From contig CAXIUT010000243.1 in assembly GCA_964035545.1 (NCBI GenBank), positions 1 to 58,596 of the forward strand: DNA of 58,596 nt, given 5' to 3'. Shown here one piece after another: positions 41,889 to 55,530 of this stretch. The stretch comes from Bugula neritina. Its lineage: Eukaryota > Animalia > Bryozoa. A model generated the notes under the pieces. That model was not told the DNA's origin, did no database searches, and was given only the letters and a program-made list of their open reading frames with translations. Numbering within the stretch: the first letter of the stretch is position 1; each line of letters starts with the position of its first letter. Made by a program: the position numbers and the translations under genes.

Positions 41889-42004
41889 AATTAATATTTT
41901 ACAATAGTTAGATAAGTTAATTTATGTGTTTGATCTATAAAATTGTTAATTTAAAATGAATATATGATAGTACTTAATTGAGCTTAAATAATAAATATCA
42001 AAAA

Positions 42005-45000
42005 ATGAGCAGAGATAATTCCGACTGGCCCAGTTTAGGTATAAAAGTCCCCCATTCAGATGTTTCTCTAAAAGATGTTGCCCATATTCTTCAAAGTGGA
42101 GGCAGAATAACCCGCAGCAAAAGAAACGTGCCGTCAAAATAAAAGTAATCTAAAATAAAATAAAAAAGTAAAGTACTTATAAAATACGATGGATAGCCAT
42201 CATTTTATAACTACCTTAAATGTTCAAATATCAACTATAATGATTTCATTTGTAATGAATACTTTTTAAATAAGAAGATGAAAAGACTCAATAGAAACAA
42301 TTTGCCATAAAGTTGCATTTTATACTAAAAAAATTATGGAAATAGCTATATAGTAAAATAGGTGCGTTTGATATCAAAAAAATTAAAAGCAACTGATTTC
42401 ATAATCTAGTACATCTAATATAAAATAGATAAAGAGATCAAAATACCAAAATGCCACAAGTTAGAAGTATAAATAGTATAGATCAAGGCATACTAGCTGT
42501 AGCTCAAACCTTAGTCTTATCAATAATAGATTATGAATAATTTGTGAAAGAGTATCAGAATATATTAGTAGAATTAAAAAAGAAATATCGGGTATTAAAG
42601 TTATAAGAAATAGCACAGCAACAACAACTGCTATAGTAGAAATAAAAAATATCACAAAGCTAAATAATGATAGATTAAAATATAATAAACAACTAAAATG
42701 ATATTTAAAAATAAGATAAGAATAAGATAAATATAGATGTATAAGATAAGAATAAAATAGGATCTCTATCATAAATCAAATCAGAACAAGATATCAATAA
42801 TTAAATCAACCAACAATAATCTTTTTAAATCATATAAAAAATAAATAAATAACTAGCATAGTTTGATAAAAATATCTTCAATCGATTCAGTCAATTCAGA
42901 AATTACATCCTTTGGCCTTCTGTAGTATTGCAACCACTAAATGCCTAGAAGAATTAGTTTTAAAAAATTATAGTTAGATAAGAAGAAGTTAGATTTTAGG
43001 ATAAGAAAATTATTAAATATGATAATAGAACCATAAATAATGTCTTCCAAATAGCTTTAGAATAACTATTGAATTAAAAAGGATAAAATTCTGATAAAAA
43101 TATGTAAAATTAATTACTACCATAAAAGGTGTCAAATACTATCAATAACCTCAATAACTTTAGTCATCAAACATCAATAGTTTATTTAATCGGAACAAGT
43201 CAAACTAAATTATTGGAATCAGGTTTTTTGAAATGGTAGTAATTTCAACCTGAATAACTCCATCACTTCATCATGAAAAGTCCCCTAAAAGCACTAGTAT
43301 AAGAACTAAACATCTACACTGCTAGTCTAAACAAATTCAAATCCCTGGAATCAACTTCATTCGATGGAAAACATTCGTTCCATCGAGTCAGTAAATACTA
43401 AAACTAAAGAAATGATCTAGAATTATGTATTCCACTGAGATGCGATCAATCTAGATAAGATAAAAAAGTACTTATTAGATTACTAAATGATGATATCTAA
43501 GAGAGTGAAGAGTTATTGAAATGGATAGACCAAAACAAATTGAAAATCAACTTTACCATTCCAAGACAAACTTAGGAATAAAAAAAGTATTACTACCTCT
43601 TTGAAAAATATCTAACCATAGAAGAAGGAATCAACTACATCTACTCTGATTTCTACTACCAATCCTCAAATTTCATGAAGATCCTCCGCCATTTCTACCC
43701 ATAAAGAGAACTATCCCTCAACAACCCGAAAGTCCCAAAGATGCATTTCCTGCTACTACAGAATGGACAACCTCCCATACTTCAGATGCAAATTTTGCCT
43801 CAAATATTCACATCAAGAATGCACCTCAAACACGAAAATCAACCATTCTTAAGATACCTTTCTCACTGATATCTACCAGACAGACAATGATGATTGCGTA
43901 TGGTAGTGTGAATAATGTTCACCTTGCAATGAATGTCACATGGCTGTTGGCAAAGATTTTCTCAAATGTACGGGATGCGACCATCTTTTCCATCCTATTT
44001 GTGGACGGTTCAAAGGAATAGCTGATAGTTCTGCCTCCTAAAGTAAATATACTTGCTAAAACTGTTTGAAATGCCGCATGTGTTGTAACAAACTCAAAAA
44101 TCAAGAATTTGTAGTTGACCAGAAATACGTATTTTGTTTAAAATGCCACAAAGATTTCAAAAACGACTAGTACTGCGTCATATGCATGAAAGAAGTAAAC
44201 AATATCCGATGGGTGCAATGCGACAGAAAAGAATGCAAGAAATGGATCCACATAACTTGCGATAAATATTTCAAAGACAAATAATCAAAAGTGATAGTAG
44301 ATAAAGCCAATTACAACTGTCCCAACTGCCGCATGAAAGAACGTCGTAGAATATACAAATGGGTAATATAGTAGTTAAAAATGTTTGACTAGTATCAATA
44401 TTTTTACTAGGCATAATATTAATAAATAACAGGGTATTCAGATGTAATCAAACAATCTATGTGTATCTACCAAATGCGATAAAAATCAGTTGATGGGGCC
44501 TATGATTAAAATGGATATCAACTCATCAAAGCTGATCTAGATTTGTTGGTCTATAATGCCACCACCTTCAACATGCCCAAAGGACTAACCTCACTATCGG
44601 GCTAAGATCTTGCTTGTGATTGGGACTAAGTTTTTAGAGGAAATGAAGGATTTACTAGAATGTTCAGAATAGTTTCTTGTTAATGCTAATATATTATAAA
44701 AATTTACTATCAAAAAGAAATAGTTTTATAAATTGCTCTATGAAAAATATCTATTCTATCTGCTTAATTTCAGATCATAAAAAACTATTATAGAAGTCAA
44801 ACGATCGAACTTTGTTCCATGGAAAAAGATTCATAGTTTTTCAATTCAAGGTATATTCTCAATAACTCGTTCGCACATTCTTAGTTTAGACTAAAATTCA
44901 AAAAGAAATCACAAAAAATATAAAATCTCTTCAACATACCAAGACTAGCTGCATCAGGATGGCTACCCATCCGCAATATCGTCTGCTACTACCACCCCAA

Positions 45001-47594
45001 CAACCAAAACTAAATCATTTATGAGTGTCCCATCTGCAGAGAATCATATTGCTGCACTAAAATGTGTCTAAGACATTCTGTTTGCACTTTATGCGGAGTC
45101 AGAGGTTGCGGATGCGATAGGTATCAATGCGGTTGCCCAGCTGTCCGCTAGAAAGATAAAAAACAAATCTAGAATCGAATCAGCCAGGCCTTAAGTCAAA
45201 CAAAATTGGATAAAAAAGAATATACATAATACTATCGTTATTGTTTGAAATGTGTATCGTAAAATATAAAGCATAATTGGTGTTATCTTTGTAAAGAATA
45301 TTGTTTTCATAATTATTAAAAATGTATTTAATGTGGCAAAATATACCATTTGTAATGCTAGAAGAAAAAGAAATGGTAAGAAATGTCTATTTTTTATTAA
45401 AATAAATAATAAGCTAAAACCAATCATACTAATATTAAGTTATCAAATACTTGCAGTAATTGCTCTTTTACCTCTAAAAATTATCATAAATTGAAAGAAT
45501 AAATCATACAATAAATAAAAAGAAAAAGTTCTAAGTTAATTATCGCTAACAAATATGTCAGTGTTCTCAATTTTTTTTATTAAAAAAATGGAATAAAAAT
45601 AACTTCATAATAAATTATGAATCTCATCATTAGTAATTATTCCACTTTTATTAATATGGAATCTTATTTCAGTGATTTTCTTAGAAATTTTCCAATCATA
45701 ATATAAGCTTTAGGCAATAGCAAAATAATAAAATAGTAGTTAAAAATGCCTTTATGACTTAAGTAACAAGAAAAACAAATAATCATAATTTCCATCACTC
45801 ACAATAAAGATACGTCAGCTATGTCTAGAACAAATAAATAAAATAGCTAAAACAAAGTAAAAAATATTATAAAGTATACTCCAAATGGTTCAACAATCTC
45901 TACCTACCCCCTCAATACTTCAACGACAGCTAAATCAAGTACCATCTAGAATTACTCACATATAAAGTAACCAATAATATAGGATTACACTTTCTTAAAG
46001 AAGTCAGACCAGTGTCTCATCACAATGGCATCCATTTCAGCCATCTAACAACTAACCATCTCAAAGAAGAAAGTCATTTCTATCACAAAAGTTTATAAAA
46101 AATAAAAATATAAATAGTTACCTCCTACATTTCTCCTAAAAGTAAAAAAAATGTATATTACACTAGCAAAATATAAAAATTCAAAAACTATCTCAATTTC
46201 TGGGTGTGCTACTATGTATATCGAAACAACAGAAAAAAGCAAAATAAATAGATAAACTGCCTGACCTCAAGAGGCAAAAACTAGTATTAAATCTATCTCC
46301 GCTATCACGCAGATTACTAAAATATAAACTAATGCGTATACAAAGATTAAGGATCAAAATCATTACTAATCGAACGATCTTATCAATAACAATTTTGTCC
46401 ATTTATTTAATGTTGCCAAGTAGTTCGATATACAAGATTAGTCAATCATAAATAATAACATTTTAGCTATATCAATAGCAAAAGCGACGCATTATGTAAA
46501 TATTTATCATAGTATTGTTTAAAAATATTTTAAGAAAATAAAGTCGTATTAAGAAAAGGAAGTACTTGCATTTTAAAAGAGAATAATCATTAATGGAGAG
46601 TTCTTAAAAAATATCAAAAATAAAATATATAAATTAAATTATATAAAAAATAAAAAATTGGATCCTAGAAATTGATTAATAAAAAACCATTGTTAAATAA
46701 ATCAATGATATTATCAATAAACTAAAAATTATATCTCCTGATATCAATAATTTTGAAGATGTATCATAGTTTATGGGCTTTAATCTTAGATACTAAAGTT
46801 TTTACTAACCTAATCATTTTACTTTAATGCTACAAAATCCAATCGATGGGTTAAATAGAAGATAAAGAAAAAAAATAAGTTGGGGCCATTTTGATAAATA
46901 TAATTGGCAAAGAAATGGTATTTATAGTCTTAAAAAATAATAAAATAATGATAATAAATAGTTCAAATGCAATGTTACCAAAAAGTAAATATACTACCTT
47001 AAAAAAAGAAAATAAAAAGAAGAATAATAAATAATATAACCAAAAGTCATTCCATACATCACCTTCTAAGACATCAAAAAAGATCTAGAAGATACTCATC
47101 ATGTAGTCACAAAATAAAAAGATAACTTTGTTATCAAAGAACCAACCAATGATGTCTACGTCGCTCCGTCCAAAATAGATAGATTAGGTCTATTTATCAG
47201 TACTTTTACCAAAAAGAATACAATAGTTACCGAATACATCGGATAGATTATCAGCTAAGCTATGGCAGATGTTAGATAAAAGAAATTTCATTTTGGATGT
47301 TACATGTTTGGCCTGACCAAAAACAACACTCGTTTGTAAATAATCGATGCCACCTTTGTAGGCAATATGGGACGCTACCTCAATCACAGCTGTGATGTAC
47401 TTTTCTATCAAATATAGCCAAACTGCAAAGCCAGAATAGAAATGACAGGATAGAAGCCAAGAATATTGATATATACAATTCGAGATGTGGCAGCCAATGA
47501 AGAACTTACCTATGACTATCAGTTCAAAACTGATGTCAATGAAAGACTCATTTGTAGGTGCAAAGCTCCTAATTGTCAAGGAAGACTCACGTGA
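42005..47594 (+). CDS. MLL/Trithorax-like histone H3K4 methyltransferase (PHD fingers, bromodomain, SET, post-SET)
   Basis: PHD-type Cys/His clusters at 43740-44340 and 45000-45360; bromodomain ([10 protein letters not shown]...[14 protein letters not shown]); SET motifs [45 protein letters not shown]; post-[13 protein letters not shown]. Several frame breaks, so treating it as one gene is an inference. Confidence 0.8.
47397..47417 (+). other. 21-nt spliceosomal intron (SET domain)
   Basis: GTACTTTTCTATCAAATATAG interrupts the conserved NHSCD-PNC motif. Confidence 0.8.
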
Positions 47595-47695
47595 TTGGAT
47601 AGTTTAGATATTGTTTTATAAGTAGAATTCTTATCGATTCTAGTAAGTTCAGATTTAAATTTGAAATGAATGGTATAGGATATATCAATTAAATT

Positions 47696-48963
47696 ATGAA
47701 GGTTGGAATTCTACTTTGCTTCCTACTATGTCTTGCCATCTGTGACAAGTACGCCGTCCTCGTAGCTGGATCAAACACCTATGGAAACTACAGACATCAA
47801 GCCGATGTCTTCCATGCCTACCAGTTCCTCACTAAAAATGCTGGCTTCAAAACTGATAACATCATCACCATGGCCTATGATGATATCGCTTCCAACAGCA
47901 GAAACCCCTTCCCAGGCAAAGTCTACAACAAACCTACCTACAGCGATGCCGGAGTCGATGTCTATGAAGGTGTCAAGATCGACTATTCTGGAGCAAGTGT
48001 CACTCCTGAAAACTTTATGGCTGTACTCAAGGGAGATTCCACTGCGACACAAGGCAAGAAAGTGCTTGAAGCCACTTCAAAAGATAATGTATTTGTCTTT
48101 TTCTCTGATCATGGAGGAGTTGGACTCATTGCCTTCCCTTCAAAATATCTCTATGCTAACCAGCTTATTCAAACTTTCGAAGAAATGAAAGGCAAATACA
48201 GCAAGCTTGTCTTTTATCTTGAAGTAAATTTTTTGTTATTTAGACCTGTGAGTCAGGATCAATGTTCCAAAAATTGCCAAATGATACTGGAATTTATGGA
48301 CTTTCTGCTTCCAGCCCTTCAGAATCATCATGGGGAACTTACTGCAGTCCTGATGATGTCATCCAAGGAAAGCATGTTGGTTCATGTTTGGGTGATCTTT
48401 TCAGCGTTAACTTCATTGAAGATCTTGATAAAGGAAACTATAATCATGAGACTCTTGATGAACAATTTAAGATTGTTCAAAAATTAACTTCAAGAAGTAA
48501 AGTTATGCAATGGGGAGATCTCTCTTTCCAAGCTGATAACATTGGAGATTATGTTTCAGGATCAACTCCAAGAACTGGAAACTTCAGATGGATCCAACCT
48601 CCCAGAAAAGTGATTCCTCATGATAGATATGCTAAAATGAACAGCAGAACCATGAGATTACAATCCCTATCAGCAGTCTATGCCAGAGATCACTCCCCAT
48701 AAGTATTCCAAGAAATGGTTGAAGAAATGGAATCAATGAAAAAATTAGATTCTATTTTCGAAAGATTTGACAAAACTATGAGCATCAAGGGAGAATACAC
48801 AGTTGAAAACATCAGATTCGAATGCCTCCAAAAGACAGTTGAAGCCTATGAAAACAAATGCGGAAAATTCTCTGATTATGGCTTAAAATACGTAAAGAAC
48901 CTTGCTAGAGCCTGTGAAATTCATGTCTCCGAAGATGTTATCATTCCCAAAATTGAATGCTGA
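47696..48963 (+). CDS. LGMN: Legumain / asparaginyl endopeptidase (peptidase C13; 415 aa)
   Basis: Signal peptide; AVLVAGSN..GNYRHQADV; catalytic His in SDHGG; catalytic Cys in YLE/TCESGSMF; CLGDLFSVN; VMQWGD. Intron at 48224-48243. Confidence 0.96.
48224..48243 (+). other. 20-nt spliceosomal intron (legumain)
   Basis: GTAAATTTTTTGTTATTTAG; removal restores YLETCESGSM. Confidence 0.93.
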
Positions 48964-49067
48964 TCATCATGAAAATTATCAATTTATAAATAACTATATC
49001 AAGACGAATAAATCATCAAAAAGGATAGATTTAATAGAATATTATATGTAGTTTATTAATTTTATTC

Positions 49068-50036
49068 ATGTCTATACTTTTGATAGGAGAACGAAATCGA
49101 CATTACTATCCTCAGAGACAAAAAATAACCTTAATGGACAATGATTAGCAATACCAAAAATAAAAGAAAATAACACAGGAACATTATAGACAAGAATTAC
49201 TTGAACAAATGAAAGAACAATATTAACGTAAAAGAAAACAAAAATAGAAATAAATATAATTAGATAGAAAACATTAAAGATAATTTTCATAATTAATACT
49301 CTCACAACAAAACCAACTAGAAAACTAAGATAGAAATCATCAATATAATTCAAAAAGACATCGATATGATCCTCAATTATCATTCTCTACTCCAAAAAAA
49401 TAGTACAAATAGTAACAAACCAGTCAAATACTTCCTCCTATCGATGGATCAAAGTATAAATTTAAAAAACATCATAGATATGATACAGAACCTGCCAATT
49501 ATGATAATTATCATCATAAAAATAATTCGAGAATGAAAACTTAAAATACTTGGGATAGTAATAACTACTAACTCCCTAAAGGACATTTTTATTCACCAGG
49601 ATATTAGGCTTAAAATTTAGAATAAAAACATTAAAAAATGCAAAAATAACTCTATGATAAACTCAACTAAGTCTATACGTTAATGAATTCATCTGTAAAC
49701 ACTTTAAAAAATAATGAAGATCTTAAAATCATCCAGTCTAAATTAGAACCTATCCGTCTACACTTTGATAAAGGCTATAAAGTAAAATATCCTTAAAATG
49801 TATAATCTTCATATTTGAATCCTTAAAACACTCAAGACTACTTTAAATTGCCTAAAATCAGTAAAAGTTTTAACCAGTTATCCAGTAAGTAGATATAAGA
49901 TGATTGGAGAGATTGGTATGCCAAGTAAAAGTTTAGATAGGCATAAAATAGATACAGGAGAGAACTTGATTTAGATGCGAGTGACATAAAATTGAATTTT
50001 CTATCAAAAACACCAAAATTCAATTCTTATTAATGA
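49068..50036 (+). CDS. Hypothetical protein (~322 aa) with N-terminal coiled coil
   Basis: In-frame ATG-TGA; YRQELLEQMKEQYERKRKQKE segment. Confidence 0.55.
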
Positions 50037-50102
50037 TTATGATAAATATGATTGAAACGAAATTAAATTCTATAATATTTCTATTTTTAAACACTCAAAA
50101 CC

Positions 50103-51016
50103 ATGAACATTCACCTCAACGAGTTAAACAGTGAATCAGTCGAGTACCTTTCCTTCGACAGATTAAAAATTCAAAGAAAAGAGTAATATTTTATTAATAC
50201 CAGATGGAACATTTATTAGAAATCATCAAAGATCTAACTTTCAAAAATAAAGAACTTAACAAACTAAATATACAACTAAAACAATAAATCGAAGACGATA
50301 AACATCAAAGACATCTTTATTAAGAAATAAACTCATAAAGAAAATTACTGATAGAAAAGAACATCATGCTTTCGAATTAACTCAGCCAATATAGAGAAAC
50401 TTCTCTTCATCAAGAAATGCTAATAAATTCTTTAAAAGAAGAAATCAATACTTTATGTATATCAGGTAAATATCAAAATGAAAACTATCGTTCTGTTCCA
50501 CAATTTAGTTTTAAACCATAGAACATCAAAGAAAAATAAATAATCTTTTCACAAGAATTTTAAATATTAAAACTACAATATTCAGAACTACAAAGATAAT
50601 ATAGTATTCTATATCAAGAAAAATATTCTCAAAATAAATAAAATAAATAAAATAAAGCTGGACACCTTTATTCTCCTAAAAAAAATATTATTAATAGCAA
50701 ATCACAACAACTCTTCAAACAAAGGTATAATCAAATTGATATTGACGCTTAATAATTCAATTAATAAACCATAAACGTGAATAGAATTAGATAAAAATAT
50801 GTTAAATCTAAAAAAGCTAAGAAATAACTGTCAAAACAAGTAAAAGTATTGGAAGGGGAGCTCATGAGCTGTCAGCTTAGAGAAGAAACTTTAATGCAAT
50901 TAGTAGAGTTGCTTAAAGAGAAGAAAACTAAGATTTGTTCTTGTCATATCAATAAGATAGAAAAACAATTGGAATTAAAATCTACACTCCTTGAACATAC
51001 TCATGCTGATCTTTGA
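50103..51016 (+). CDS. Hypothetical coiled-coil protein
   Basis: Coding-like frame MEHLLEIIKDLTFKNKEL...; probable intron near 50183-50203 with unclear phase. Confidence 0.5.
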
Positions 51017-51331
51017 CCCTTATATTTTCATAATTAATAATTTATTTAATTTATCAATTAAATCTCGTGAAAATTTTGTAAATTTATCAATATTTAAGGT
51101 GAAAAGTACAAATTAAATCATATTAGATCTTTTACAATGTAAACTATTTCATTTTAGTGAAAAAAGAGATCATAAGAAAAAGAATATTTGAAGTTTGATT
51201 TTACAATTTTGATTCCTTTTAGCTGATTTTAAATTGTATAAATATTTCTATATGGTTGTTTAATTGATAAATTTAAAACTAATGCTTTTAATGCTGCATA
51301 TATCTTAGGCGCTAAATTCATTTTTAATTAA

Positions 51332-54268
51332 ATGCAGGCACTATTATCTCTTCCCATTCAAGTTTCTTCAGATTAAGAGGATGAAGAAGCTCTTGCCCTC
51401 TTCAACAACTTACAAGCTTAAATGCCATCTCATTCTTAATAACTATAAAAAATACCCTCAGATCATGCTTAATAATCTGATTAACCTACTCCTCGCTTAA
51501 ACAGACTTTCTAAGCTGAAAAAAGAAAGCAAACAAGACAGAAAAAAGAAAAAAATTAAAGAAAAGAACAAAAGCAAGAAATCTAAACATAGGAATTTTCT
51601 TGAATCTCCTCTCCCTCGAAAGAAAATCAAAAGATAAGTCAGTACTAAAAGAAAAAGTTCTCTTAAAGAAGATAACTAAAATGAAAACAATGATAAAGGC
51701 TCCTCTTAATATAGTAGTTAGAGTGCTGATTTGAATAGTGAACTTAAAAATTTACATCCTGATTTTTCTAATAGTTAAGAAGCAAAAAGACCAAAAAATA
51801 GATTGATAAAATCAGCAAGAAAGAGTAAGATTCAAAAACGTGAAGGTTTTCTCTTAAAATAACTTGGAAATGACCCTTAAGTAGATTTTTCAAAACAAGA
51901 TGATAAGTCATATTCTGGAGATGTCAAGAGAAAAAGTTTAAAGAAAAAGAAGATAAAGTTACCAGTTCTAACAAATCAAGAAATAATGAATGAATTCAAG
52001 TAACATGGAGTTGTAGAATCTTAAGGTTAAGAATAAGGAAATATCAGATAATATGATAGAGGATTAGATATTCTCAACTCAATGAAAAGCAAATCAAAAA
52101 ATAGTATTAAAATTAATAACCGTCTTTTTGGAGATCTAGAAGCTGATTTGCAAAAATAAGAAGCTCAAGTAGAGATGCCTTAAAATTTTGAATTATAACT
52201 TAGACCTAAAAACTCAATCATGTCATCTCAAAGACATTCTTTTCTTTCTAAAGCTTAAAATATAAAGAAACAAAGAGGTTTATAGGCTGAAGTGAATATT
52301 GAATAGTTTGAGAAGAAAGCTGAGCAAAAGGCTAAATAATCAATGGCTAAAATGGTTTCTTCAATGGCAAGTCAAAATTTTCATGATGATTTAGAATTGT
52401 AGATAAAAGTTCCAACAATCGCAAGAGGTAAATCAGCAGATCTTATAAACAATACAGTCTATCTAAGAAAATTTATAGATAAAAAAGAACCTTAATAAAT
52501 TCAATAAAAAGTCCCTCTGAAACAAACTAAATCTTTTACTTTTATTCCTCAATCAAAAAAAGATATTAAATCTCGATAAGAACTATTTAAAGAAATACAA
52601 TAAGAAACAAGAATGAGAAGATCAAAATATATATCAAATGAACAGTTAAAAAATAGTTTTAAGAAGACAGATTTACAGTAGTTAGAAGATACTAGGAAAA
52701 GGTTAATTGAAAAAAGAAGAAAATAAGCTTTATCTGAAGATTAATAAGAAGATGAAGATTTTGGTGACTAAAAAATAGATTAATTGAATTAGATGTTACT
52801 GAAAGAAGAAATGATTTGTGGAGATATTGAAAAGGAATAAGAAGAAGAAGATAAATAGGAATAGCCAAAATAAAAAATTAATTCATAGTAACCTTTATCA
52901 TAGAAGCAAGGAAGTGAAGAAAAAGATTAAAATAAATAATAAGGTTAAAATAATGAAGAATAAAATATCTAAAATTAATAACTTAATGAGTATAACTAAA
53001 TATTAGATTATCAAGCTGATGTTTCTGATTAATAAGAACCAAATAATTAAGAAAATGAAAATGCTGAATAAGTGTAAGACGATTAAAATAACAGTATTTA
53101 ATAGCAAATTGAAGAAAGTCCATTATAAAATTAAAGCAAATAAGTTTTACCTGATGAATAAATAGATTAATAAAAGTAACAATAAAGAAGAGAACTTTAA
53201 GATGAAGGAATAATGATGAAAAGAAAAAGAAAAAATATCGATAGTTTTGAAAATGAATAGTAAAAACCAATAAAAAACAATGAATTTGAAATGAACAATG
53301 AATAATTTTAAAAATAAAAAGAATAAGTGATCAATGAAGAACTTCAATAACTTCAAAGATAAAGAATGGTTGAATAAAATGGCTAATAATTTAAAAATTT
53401 CAGAAAGCTGAGAAAGATAGCTCAAGTGATAGCAATTAAGAAGAAATAAAGATAAGCAGGTAGACAATTTGCTTCCCAATTTGTTGAAAATTAAGCTGAA
53501 TAAGGATCAGATAACGAAGAACATGATGATTTAGTTAAAAATATAGATGATTAGGCTGAAAACAAGCAATATGAAGGTTTAGATCTTGATGCAGATCTAG
53601 TTTAATTAATTGATAATGCAGTAGATATAAATGAAGAAAATGAACATGAAGCATTTAGAAAATATTTATAAGATGTTAGGATTAAAGATAAATAGGAGAT
53701 AAAAAAGATAGTAAGAGGATAATTTTGGAAAAAACATTAAGATCTTGAAATATAAATGGAATAAGATTAAAGAAATAGACAATAAAGAATGAACTAAGTT
53801 ATGGAATGGATGAAAAAAAGATAAGAATAGTAAGGTTAAGGTATCTACATGAAATCTCCTTAACATTCATAACATGATAGTGATTCTTAATACTAAGCTA
53901 AAAAGAAAGATAAAAAAGAAGAGTCTTAATCCTAAAGCGAATAAATTCCTCATTAGTAATAGATGGCAAAGCTAGCTAGATTTTTATAGGATACAATGCC
54001 TGTAGCAAAGAAAGAGAGTAGGCCAATAGTCTAATTAAATTTGATTCCTTTACCTGAAAACATAAAGAAGGCAAAGACAAAAGGTATCCAGAAGACAATA
54101 TCAATGTCGAAATTCGGTCGTAAAGAGATCACATAAGTCAATCATATAAATCTAAATAATGGTAGAAATACAAGTTCATTGGTAAATCAGATATTAAACA
54201 AAAATAATATAAAACAAAAGAAAATACCAAATACATATTTTAATAAGATGGCATCTAAAAAGAAATGA
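51332..54268 (+). CDS. Acidic low-complexity protein with Mrc1/Claspin-like domain (~978 aa)
   Basis: In-frame ATG-TGA; FVENEAEEGSDNEE...LVELIDNAVD...YLEDVRIKDKEEIKKIVRG resembles the MRC1-like domain. Confidence 0.6.
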
Positions 54269-54342
54269 TATCTAATGACTAAATTTATCAATTCATTATT
54301 TTTATAATATTTATATCTTAGTATTAATTTTAAATAATATCG

Positions 54343-55202
54343 ATGAAAATCAATAAAAAGAGGAAAGTTTATTTAGTTGAAGATATTCTAGATATGAAAA
54401 TAAAAAGAGGTCAATAATAATGTTTAGTATGGTGGGAAGGATTTCCTAAATAATAAGCTACTTGGTAACCTATCTAAAATATGAAATTTAGAAATTAAAT
54501 GTTAGATAAATATAAATAACTCAAAAAAAATATCTTATTAAACATAATATTGAAGAAGATGTTGTTTCAGAATAAGAAATTATTTAATAAGAAATCGATT
54601 CTGAAGAATAAAATACACCTAATAATAAAATAATCAACTAAATCAAATTAAATAGTCAATCCAAAAATAGTTAAATAGTTAAAGGTACAGCATCATTAAC
54701 AAGAAGTGCAGTAAAATATTCAGCTAATAATTCAGATGAAGATAAATCAGTTAAATTAAATAATACTAATAAGTTATCGAATAATAAAGGTTTTCAACTT
54801 CATAAGTTGAGAGATAAAAGTCATAAAAACTCTTTTTTATATCAAACAATAAAACATAAATAACAATCAAGATAACAATCAGAAGATGAATAAAAAATGA
54901 TAAATAAAAAGAAAAAGCAAATATTTAAGAACTAAAAGACTTAATATGCAATTTTACGAGGTAAAAAGATATAACTGAATCCAGTTCGAGTAGATATAAC
55001 AATAAATCAAGGTAAAAGTTTACCTTTTCTCGATAGATAATTACTATAGATAAAGAGATCTTTTTAAATAAAAGGATAAAAAATGTATTAAGTTTCACTT
55101 GAATCAAATACAATAAGAGATAATGTAATACTTCATCATAGATATTTACAATTATTATGGCCTCGAAAATTATCTGATTATTTATAAAAAACTAAATAAT
55201 GA
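54343..55202 (+). CDS. HP1-like chromodomain protein
   Basis: N-terminal chromodomain YLVEDILD..KRGQEECLVWWEGFPKEEATWEPIEN; C-terminal LWPRKLSDYLE resembles a chromo-shadow end. One unlocated intron or indel. Confidence 0.75.
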
Positions 55203-55226
55203 TATGATTACCCTATTTATAATTAA

Positions 55227-55415
55227 ATGAAATTTTACTATAGCAAAAGATTATTTTGGGGAACTCTTATCGGCATCTACTATGGATAAAAAAGACTACC
55301 TTTTCCCATACAATATATCCACAAATAAAATCAAATTGGTGACTTTAAATTGGATCTTTCTGTCATCAATTCAGTAATCAAAGATCTGATAAATCTCATG
55401 CCTAAATCAAAGTGA
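55227..55415 (+). CDS. Small (62 aa) protein, possibly single-TM
   Basis: MKFYYSKRLFWGTLIGIYYGEKRLPFP...KSK*; clean ATG-TGA filling the gap between two genes. Confidence 0.45.
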
Positions 55416-55530
55416 TATGTCTAGCATCTATCTATCTATCTACTATCTATCGTAATTTTAATTATATGAAAATAAATAATTATCAAATGATGATGAATGA
55501 GTGAATAATAGCTAATTACAGACAATAATA

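Noticed and set aside
47696-48487. Supplied 263-aa legumain ORF taken as the full product
   Set aside because: It reads through the 20-nt intron into the wrong frame and loses the catalytic Cys.
55427-55451. Short (TCTA)n run
   Set aside because: A few imperfect units in an intergenic gap; ordinary microsatellite.
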